Of a stretch of DNA of 64,000 nt, positions 26,046 to 35,743 are shown piece after piece. This DNA is from Octopus vulgaris. Taxonomy: Eukaryota. A program made the translations under genes and the position numbers. Below the pieces are notes generated by a model. That model did no database searches. It was not told the DNA's origin and saw nothing but the letters and a program-made list of their open reading frames with translations. The stretch spans positions 23,994,001-24,058,000 of the forward strand of contig OX597818.1 in the NCBI GenBank assembly GCA_951406725.2, given 5' to 3'. Position 1 is the stretch's first letter. Every line of letters starts with the position of its first letter.

Positions 26046-28820
26046 TTCTACGGTTGTGTCGTCTTTCTTTTCCCTTTGGCACTCATACTCATTTATCCAT
26101 TTTTGCTTTTATTGTAAAGCGACCGTGCGGTGTATTAAAGGAGTCATCCATTTGTCACCTCTCCTTTCGCACGGTCATTCTACATTGCTTTTGATACACT
26201 TTGCACTATCATTTTATTATGTGTTTTTTCAGTTTAATTTCACATCATTAACATATTGCATGTTTTGTTTTTTCTTTTCCATTCACCCACTCATGTAAAA
26301 ACTGGCCTTTGGTTCTAATTTTAACCAACTGATGACTGTTGATGCGTTATTTCCCATTGTCTCACTTTAAAAAAAAGTTGGTTTCTGATCAACCAACAGA
26401 AATTGCCTTGTGATGTAAAAACTTTTCTCTCAGACATTTATCTTCATTTCCCCTTGTACTCTTTCTCAATCACAGTTGTAAAGAGTCATAATTTTGCATA
26501 GCTACTTCACAATATTTGATTTTGTGGTTCTTTAGTTGCATCCTTTGTGTTCTGAAACCATACAGAGCCTAACCAAAACACATTCTGTGAAAAGTTTTCA
26601 TACAGACACAATCATATTGAATAACTGATTGAAACATTTCTTCATAGATAATTTGGGTGAACACTTGAACTCTGACAATATTTGAACATTTGTATTCATA
26701 TTAACTTTTTCCATACTCTGGACATAAATTGTATTTGATTTCACTAAATTTTCTCATCTCATTCTAATTTTTTTATGTTATGTGTTGAACTTCCATAATT
26801 TTATGCTGTTTCTTCGAGTATGCTGTTTGTCATCCATTGTGACAACTTATTTTTTATTGAAAGAATAACTCAACAGTGAAGGTGCATGGCTTAGCGGTTA
26901 GGGTATTCAGCTCACGATCATAAGGCCATGTGTTCAATTCCCAGGGATGCATTGTGTCCTCAAGCAAGACACTTTATTTCACGTTGTTCTAGTCCACTCA
27001 GCTAGCAAAAATGAGTTGTACCTATATTTCAAAGGGCCAGCCTTGTCACATTCTGTGTCATGTCGAATCTCCATGAGAACTACATTAAGGGTGCACATGT
27101 TTGCGGAGTGCTCAGCTACTTGCATGTTAATTTCAAGAGCAGGCTTTTCCATTGGTTGGATCAACTGGAAGCCTTGTTGTTGTGACAACAGAGTGCCAGA
27201 ATTAAATGTATTCATTTACTTCAGAATCTTTCTGTCTTCTCATTCATGATGTTTCAATAAAACTCTGGCCAATTATATCTCTCCCTTGGTCTTTCATGAG
27301 GTGTCAAATTCTTTATATTCTTCAGTTCTAATTGAAAATTTTTATTCATTTAAATGTAGTTCTGAGAATATGTATTTTCAAGCTCATTTAAACTGACCAT
27401 ATCCAGCCTAAAATTTTCTTCCTATTTTATGTTCAAACCGACCAGATCTGGCCTCTCACACCTATCAATATCATTGTAAAAATAAGCAATCATATCATCA
27501 AAATCTCAAAGCTAGGAGATAATGCATAATTAATTCAAATCAATGTGAATATATAAGCATTACATTTGATAGAGTAATCTGAAAGCTAAAGGGTTAAATA
27601 TATTTTTGATAATACATGAGTAACTGAGTGAAACAAAAATGTCAAAAAATACCAGAATATATGAATTAATAAATCTGTAGACATCCTACCACCATTTTTT
27701 CATTAGGCTATAAACTAACAACCTGGATGTTAAACACCCCTTCCACATATACTTCCATAAAGATAGTTCCATTTCCCAACTAAAACTCTCTCTGTGTAGT
27801 AGCATGGAGACAACTTCAGTATCAGCAATCTCCTTCAGACTTACACTGTAACTAAGGTTGATTTGTTCAAATAAAAAACTCTTTGAGGTGGTATCCCAGT
27901 ATGGCTGCAGTCCAATGACTAAAAGAAGTAAAAGATATAACAAACAGACATAACTAGCTGACCTGGTACAAAGCAAAAAAAAAAAAAAGGAACAGCACTC
28001 TTCCAAGTACCATTGATGTATTCCACATTTTGTGTTTAGTTGTTGCATTTGCCCATATCTTTACTTCAACTGAAATTTTATTTGATATATTATCAGCAGT
28101 GGTTGGCGTTAGGAAGGGCATCCAGCTGTAGAAACATTGCCAGATTAGACTGGAGCCTGGTGCAGCCTTCTGGCTCCCAGAACCCCGGTCGAACCGTCCA
28201 ACCCATGCTAGCATGGAGAACGGACGATGATGATGATGATGATGATTGAGTTCCATTGTCTTCTTTCCTACAAACCAAGCATAGTTATTTATCTGAAGCT
28301 GTAAAACTGTGGGTATATAACATAAAGTGCTACTTACTTAAATTATTTAACTTACCTATCTTTCAAAGAGGAATTGTCAGAACTTTGTGTATTCTACAGC
28401 TTTACTTTTCTCATGAGGCTAACATCAAAAAGACTCAGCTTGCTTATTCTAAACTTCAGACTATCCTATTTGCAATAATAATCTTGTGAGAGCACTCAGA
28501 AAATCTAAATACCCAAGTCAAAGAAAGATATCACTTTAAAACAGAAAGCCAACAATTTTTAAATTAGAAAAAAAAAAAGAAAAAACAGCAGGCTCAAACT
28601 CAGTTTATAAAACTTATTACAAAAGAAGGATGCATTTGCATTTTATTGTTTGATACCAAAAAATTATGATTTACAGTTCAAATAAAATAAATAATCAAAA
28701 CATTTTATTTTCATTGATTTATTAAAAAAATATAACCTTAGAATGGTGAGAATTTGCTATCCTATTGTGAATTACAGAAAAAAAAAAGAGGTAATTTCCT
28801 TTTTGTTTTGAAGATTAATT

Positions 28821-28964
28821 TCATGATAAACTCGACTTTGTCATAGGCATTGTATGTATGGGCTGCATGATATGGTGAACAAAATAAAACACAAAACCTA
28901 TAAAGGCTGAAATACAGCAGAAGACCAAAAGTAGTACCAGATGACTCTCCTGATATTCATATAT
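28821..28964 (-). CDS. TMEM218: TMEM218 exon 3 (with stop)
   Basis: ttacag|ATA...TGA, 144 nt; IYEYQESHLVLLLVFCCISAFIGFVFYFVHHIMQPIHTMPM vs human ...LIHYVLEPIYAKP. Minus-strand AATAAA signals at ~28642-28723. Confidence 0.85.
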   Translation of the reverse strand: MYEYQESHLVLLLVFCCISAFIGFVFYFVHHIMQPIHTMPMTKSSLS

Positions 28965-29424
28965 CTGTAAAATAAATGAATAAATAAGTACATATAATAT
29001 GAATTCAAAAATGGTTAACGTAGTTAGTTTGTCACAAACCTACCAGGCATAAAACTATAAATTGCAAAAGGTTGACAGGAATTAACAAAATTGCATCACA
29101 CTAACATATGATAATTTAAACTTCTAAAATAATTTCATTCCCATTAGTCTAAAACACCATGGTTGTGGCAATAGTAGAAGTATAGAACTATTACTAGCAT
29201 CATTGAAACCACCCCCACTCACTCCCTGCCACTGATCTGTCTCCTATTTATGTTCCTTACAGACAGCTTTCAACTTTAAAAATCCTATTCTCTACATGTA
29301 TCTATGTATTGCTGTTCTCAATGTTTTCATCTTAAAAAACTTCATATACTTGGCATTGATGTAAACTACATTAGAAAGTACTTCAACCCTACAAAAGCTA
29401 GGGGATACTACACTTTAATGCATT

Positions 29425-29935
29425 TACTGGATGTGCAAAGTCAGTGTACATGTACAACAGAGTGCTAGTGTTTTAAGGGAAAAATTGAGCATAAGAATTA
29501 GATGCAGCATGCATCTAAACTGACAGTGCTGATTTGGTTATGTAATGCATATGGATGTAGACAGTTGCATACAGAAGTGCTGATTATTTAAAGTGGATGA
29601 AACATGTGGATAAGGAGACCCAGGAAGACATGGAACAAAGTATTGAAAGCTGATCTGAAGACACTGAGCCTTATGAAGGAGATGACTAAGAACCAAGATA
29701 CCAGCACATTGCTGTACTTAAGACCTGTCCACCACAGCAGGATTGATACAGGTGCTGGCACCACATAAAAAGTACCCAGTACATTCTGTGGAGTGGTTGG
29801 CATTAAGAAGGGCATCCAGCCATAGAACCCATGCCAGAACAGACAATGGAACCTGGTGCAGCCTTGTTCTTACCAGCTCTGGCCAAACCCTCCAGCATGT
29901 GCCAGCATGGAAAACAAACGTTAAATGATGATGAT
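29425..29935 (+). mobile_element. Old RTE LINE 3' fragment in TMEM218 intron 2
   Basis: Diverged match to the family 3' end and tail. Confidence 0.7.
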
Positions 29936-30078
29936 AACTTGATTACTTAATTAGTGAAGTGAAATTTTATTAGCTTATTGAAAATGAAACAAACTTCTTC
30001 AACAATATTTACTGATATGAACAAATTTCAAGTGTAGTTTAACAGTAGTTTAAAGAAAAATAGTTTAAAGGATTTTAC

Positions 30079-30181
30079 CAGACTGTCATCAATAGGTACT
30101 GGATACCTTGGTTTTCTTGGAATGACAATAAAAACTATTGTTAGTAAGGTACTCAGTAAAATTAAAATGGTTCCAAGATAT
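30079..30181 (-). CDS. TMEM218: TMEM218 exon 2
   Basis: ttctag|A TAT...CTG|gtaaa, 103 nt; (R)YLGTILILLSTLLTIVFIVIPRKPRYPVPIDDSL, a transmembrane helix followed by the PR motif. Confidence 0.85.
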
Positions 30182-30549
30182 CTAGAATATAATAAAGAAA
30201 AAAAACATTTTTAACATATACAGTATATATAGTGATTCATATTGAAAATTACATAATTTGAGTAACAGCTGGCAGAAGGCTTGATGTCACAGCTTATAAC
30301 TAGGGTGATGTAAATATTTGGGACAAAGATTTATTTTCAATGGTTCAGTATGTCAGAGCTGTAAAATAGGTATTATAGAGAGATAGAATTCACTGATGGT
30401 TGCTCTGTGTTAAAATCCTCAGAAACGAATAATATTCTAAAAACTATCTCAAAGGAATGTAGGGACTGTGAGATGCGAGGTGACGAGAATGGTTCTTTAG
30501 TACAATGCATGGTTAATACAATAAATATATAATTTGAATGATATATGTA

Positions 30550-32279
30550 TTTGCCAGAGGGAGAAAGGAGACATAACCGCGTAGAATGATTAAGAGAAGA
30601 TTTATTGATATGCGTGTCTCTCAATGCACTTAGGATAGCTTCAGCACGAAGAAGGGAAAGGGAAGAGCAGTGTTATGACCGGTTAGCACATACTGGTGCG
30701 CAACGAGCTGCTCAGAGCAACAAGTAATGTTCAGCACGCTGAACATGAAATGCTTCTTCAACAGCTGCTGTATGAGCTGGAGAGACTGCAGTACAATGCA
30801 AGCTCAACTTACAAGAGATGCTTCCTCAACTGCTATTGCACGAGCTGCAGAGACTGCAGCACAACGTGCAGATTGACTTACAAGAGATGCTTCCTCAACT
30901 GCTGCTGCACAAGCAGCAGAGACTGCAGCACAATGCACAGATCGACTTACAAGAGATGCTTCCTCAACTGCTATTGTGTGTACTGCAGAAACTGCAGCAC
31001 AACATGCAGATCGACTTACAAGAGATGCTTCTTCAACTGCTGTTGTGTGTACTGCATAGACTGCAGCACAATGTGCAGATTGACTTACAAGAGATGCTTC
31101 CTCAACTGCTGCTGCATGAGCTGCAGAGACTGTAGCACAGTGTGCAGATCGACTTACAAGAGATGCTTCTTCAACTGCTGTTGTGTGTACTTCAGAGACT
31201 GCAGCACAATGTGCAGATTGACTTACAAGAGATGCTTCCTCAACTGCTGCTGCACAAGCAGCAAAGACTGCAGCACAATGCATAGATCGACTTACAAGAG
31301 ATGCTTCCTCAACTGCTGTTGTGTGTACTGCAGAGACTGCAGCACAACATGCAGATCGACTTACAAGAGATGCTTCTTCAACTGCTGTTGTGTGTACTGC
31401 ATAGACTGCAGCACAATGTGCAGATTGACTTACAAGAGATGCTTCCTCAACTGCTGCTGCATGAGCTGCAGAGACTGTAGTACAGTGTGCAGATCGACTT
31501 ACAAGAGATGCTTCCTCAACTGCTGCTGCACAAACTGCAGCACAATGCACAGATCGACTTACAAGAGATGCTTCTTCAACTGCTGCTGCACAAACTGCAG
31601 AGACTGCAGCACAATGCACAGATCGACTTACAAGAGATGCTTCTTCAACTGCTGTTGTGTGTACTGCAGAGACTGCAGCACAATGTGCAGATCGACTTAG
31701 AAGAAATGCTTCTTCAACTGCTGCTGCATGGAGACTACAGGAGGAAAGACAACAACGACTGCATGACATTCCTACTCAAGGCCATGCACCTTGCATTGGT
31801 CAATGACAGCATTCAACTATGATCCTACAATTGACTACAGTAATCACCCTGACATTCAAATAGGTTGCATGTCCTCAATCTGCCAATTTTGCGGAGCTAA
31901 AAAGTGGCCTGGAGAAACTCACAGCATGTGCTGTTCCAATGGTATGATTACAGTACCTCTTCTCCACCCACATTGACTGATTCTCCACCTACTTTGACTG
32001 ATCTTTTGACAGGGGCGTCTCCTTATTCTCATGAATTTCTCAAGCGGATATGTGCCTACAACTGTGCATTCCAAGTGACTTCCTTTGGTGCCAACATCAT
32101 ACAAGATGGGCATTTCATGCCTTCCTTTAAAGTACAGGGGCAGATTTACCATAGAATTGGTTCCCTACAGCCGCATGATGCTGCCTCGCCCTAGTTTCTT
32201 CAGCTCTACTTCGTGGGAGACTACACTGACCAGGCATACTTAACAAACAGGCCCTGGCAATGCCGGGTATGCCAGCTAG
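30550..32279 (+). mobile_element. Internally deleted Helitron (Rep N-terminal region) in TMEM218 intron 1; 5' boundary approximate
   Basis: AFNYDPTIDY..IGCMSSICQFCGAKKWPGE..MCCSNG...AYNCAFQVTSFGA...FKVQGQIYHRIGSL...FLQLYF. 3' hairpin at 32253-32267 followed by CTAG (32276-32279) then T. Confidence 0.9.
30808..31740 (+). repeat. 69-bp tandem array, ~13.5 units (one 60-bp unit)
   Basis: cttacaagagatgcttc recurs every 69 bp from ~30808 to ~31696. Confidence 0.95.
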
Positions 32280-32447
32280 TATATATATAAAGATGAGAAT
32301 GTTTGTCTGTCTATTTGTGTGAGTCCCTAAAACATGAGAACTATACAACCATGCGACAGGCTTCTTTCAGTTTCCGTCTACCAAATCCACTCACAAGACA
32401 TTGGTCGGCCTGAGGCTATAGCAGAAGACACTTGCCTAAGATGCCAA

Positions 32448-32675
32448 TAGTATACATGTATATGCATAGATGTATATATGGATATATATACATGTATATA
32501 TAGAGTTTTATATATCTATATATGTATGTATATGTAATATGTACACACATATACATGCATACATATTTATACATATATATACACATACATAAATACATTC
32601 ATATACATATATGTATGTATATGTATATATATATATACATACATATTATGTATATATATATGTATATATCTGCAC

Positions 32676-32721
<46 letters not shown>

Positions 32722-32733
32722 ATATATATATAT
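32448..32733. repeat. Compound (TA/CA)n and (TCTA)n microsatellite
   Basis: Directly visible; similar tracts at 4453-4540, 5820-5890, 14915-14970 and 62488-62550. Confidence 0.95.
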
Positions 32734-33231
32734 AACAAGAAGAGACCAATAGAATACGTACCAGGTTTATCAAAATAAGAAAAAGGCACTGGGGTCAATT
32801 CATTCGACAAAAATTTCTTCATATTTTTGTTTGCCCACTCAACTGTATCTATCAATCTATCTTTCTGTGTGTATATATAGTACACACATACATATATACA
32901 TGTATGTATATATATCCGTATATATATCATCATCATCATCGTTTAATGTCCGCTTTCCATGCTAGCATGGGTTGGACGATTCTGACTGAGGGCTGGCGAA
33001 CCAGATGGCTGCACCAGGCTCCAATCTTGATCTGGCAGAGTTTCTACAGCTGGATGCCCTTCCTAACGCCAACCCCTCCAAGAGTGTAGTGGGTGCTTTT
33101 TACGTGCCACTACAATTGTATTTGTCTTGGCTTAGGAAAAATGACTAAATTTGGGGGGGTTAGACCCTATTAAGGGGTTTTACTAACTCCTAAGAAGTTG
33201 AAATTTTAGGAGTACCTTGAAATCAAGAGGA

Positions 33232-33883
33232 CAGATCCTGTTGTCTACAGCTCTTTCCTGCAATCAGAGCTGGACACAATGCAGCAATAGATCACAGACT
33301 GGCAACTGAAACTGGCTGTGGACAAGTGTACCACCATGCATTTTGGGAGAAAAAAACCTGCGTCCACATACTCCCTCCACAACACTGATATCAAGAAATC
33401 CTCTTGCGAGCGTGACCTAGGCATCACTGTCAGCAGTGATTTGCGTTGGACAAAGCATATCTCTAAAATTGTCAAGAAGGCCGAGGGTGTCTTGGCATCA
33501 CTCAGCAAGACTTTTGTTAGCCGCTCTCCAGCCATCTATTTAAAGCTGTATACAGCTATGGTACGACCACACTTGGGATTTGCATCATCAATTTGGAACC
33601 CCTATCTTGCTCAGAACATTGACCTCCTGGAATCTGTTCAGAGACGTGCAACCAAACGCATACCCTCCATCAGACACCTACCATACTCTGAGCGCCTTGT
33701 TTCCCTGGGCATGGATTCACTGAAGCTCCGGCGTCAGTTGTTGCCTGCCATGACACTGCATCCTTTAAGGCCCTCATGCTTTCCGAAATCCGCCGAAACT
33801 ACATCTGATTATACATACACTTTAGATGAGTTGTAGTGCACCTCAGCACTGTGCACAATGTTTTTTTTTATTATTATTATTAT
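33232..33883 (+). mobile_element. CR1-clade LINE 3' fragment
   Basis: KCTTMHFG...ERDLGITVSSDL...LYTAMVRPHL..ASSIWNP...LESVQRRATK...YSERL; (tta)n tail. Confidence 0.88.
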
Positions 33884-34682
33884 TTGTGTCTAATATCTAT
33901 GGTTTTTTTATGCTTACAAGATTTGAGTCAGCGATTTTAGAGGGAGGGGTTAATCGATTACATCGATCTCCAGTGTTCAACTGGTACTTATTTTATTGAC
34001 CCCGAAAGGCAGTCAACCTCGGCGGAATTTGAGCTCAGAACAAAAAGAGCCAGAAGAAATGCCGCTAAGCATTTTTCTCACGTTAGCTTTTCTGCTAGCT
34101 CGCCGCCTTCATAAGAGAGAACATTGCATTTGGACACCGAAAAGATCCGATTAAAGTAATCTGTCTAAATTTGTAGTTACAGACATCACGACAATCACTC
34201 GCCTTTGGCATCAGGTCTGATACCAAAGGCGAGTGATTGTCGACATCACTTAATTTCAATGTGTGTTGCCAACAAAATACTTTTTCTTAAATTAAAAAAA
34301 TTCCACGTGACTTTACTCTCTCATATGAGTAAAATCTGCTTGTTTGATAATCTTTAAATTTTACTAGCACAATCTTAAAAAAAAAACATTCCACGCATTT
34401 AGCTAAAAGGGGCTTTTCGTAAGTACATTAACAAAAACTTCATATTTTAACTTGTGGATTTTAAGTTTCGTAGATAAACTTTATCGTTAAATATATTCAA
34501 ATTTTGATTTGAAATTAAAGGAAAAATTAGAATGTAAAAATAAACATGCCTAAATTTGATTAAGTTTTATCAGATTATAATTAAAACTTCAAAAAGACAA
34601 ACAATTTATATATATATATTTATGCGTATGTGGATGTATTTATGCGAATGTGGATATATAAAATATTCAAATTCGTACTTGC

Positions 34683-34789
34683 CTGATTGTTCCAGTAGAA
34701 TAAGAGGTAAATACACAAACGGTTAATGATAGGATCCACATAGAAGCCAAAAGGACGATACCAACACCAACACCAAATATCAGCCCCAT
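34683..34789 (-). CDS. TMEM218: TMEM218 coding exon 1 (ciliary transition-zone membrane protein)
   Basis: MGLIFGVGVGIVLLASMWILSLTVCVFTSYSTGTI resembles the human N-terminus as recalled ([34 protein letters not shown]). Donor AG|gcaagt is a GC donor, phase 2. Confidence 0.85.
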
Positions 34790-35280
34790 AGTGGGTTTCC
34801 CGTCGCGATGACAACGTTGTTTATTTATTCCAAACTAGCCAATCGCATTCTAGTAGTGTTCATTTCAATTGCTCTTACTGTAATAATGTAACTATTGTGA
34901 ACACGCCAGAAATCAGGACTGGCAGAATCGTTAGAGCGGTGGTATTTAGAATCTTACGATCTTTAGTTCCAGTTATTAAAGTTCAAAAGGAATTCCAATC
35001 CAGCCGAGATCAACTTTGCTTTACATTTTCCCTGGATCAGTATATTTTGTACCAAGAGGTCGATGTACATACCCTGTCCGCAAATTCGAGAATTTGTGCC
35101 TTTGTAAGAAATCAATGCAATAAACAAAATAAATAAAAATAGTCAGAAATTGAAAGAAACCCGTCGTATAATATATATTAGAAGTATTAGGAGCGATGTA
35201 CAGATTTAATACATATCAAAGAAAAAGGCGTTCAGAATGCTGGATGGTTGTATATAAAAACTACAGTAGTGGTTGAAAGC

Positions 35281-35439
35281 GCTTAAATATGTTATTTGAA
35301 GAAATAATATGTGATATGTAAATAAATATATATATCACGTTGAAAGCACCAGTTCTCGTCTGATCATGCAAGTTAAGCAACGTCGAGCCTAGTTAGTAAT
35401 TAGATGGGTGACCGCTTGGGAAACCTAGGTGCTGTAAGC
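35281..35439 (+). pseudogene. Disrupted 5S rRNA copy
   Basis: 35332-35439 (atatcacgttgaaagcaccagttctcgtc...agttaagcaacg...gatgggtgaccgcttggga...gctgtaagc) is recognisable 5S with boxes A and C. Its 5' gctta at 35281 is complementary to the 3' taagc but separated by ~45 bp of AT-rich sequence. T-run at ~35450. Confidence 0.85.
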
Positions 35440-35708
35440 GTCACACATGTTTTTTATAGGCGCAGGAGTGGCTGTGTGGTAAGTAGCTTGTTTATTTTAT
35501 TTTTTTCACACAATAATGAAATATAGAATCCCGAAAAAAGGGAAACCTATATTTTTTTCCTCACAACGACGACAACAGTTCAACCACATGGTTCCGGGTT
35601 CAGTCCCACTGCGTGGCACCTTGTCTTCTACTATAGCCTAGGGCCGACCAAAGCCTTGTGAGTGTATTTGGTAGATGGAAACTGAAAGAATCCCGTCGTA
35701 TATATGTT

Positions 35709-35743
<35 letters not shown>

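Noticed and set aside
26450-27380. Decayed coding-like sequence on the minus strand
   Set aside because: It has many stops and no motif I can assign; probably an old retroelement.
30696-31700. 334-aa metallothionein/keratin-associated-like gene
   Set aside because: It is an alternative frame of a Helitron tandem array, has a GTG start and lacks gene context. Kept only as a finding.
30808-31740. CRISPR-like array
   Set aside because: The units are contiguous tandem repeats without unique spacers, the DNA is eukaryotic and there are no cas genes.
34620-34814. 64-aa ORF MSSRRETHYG...
   Set aside because: It is the wrong frame over TMEM218 exon 1.
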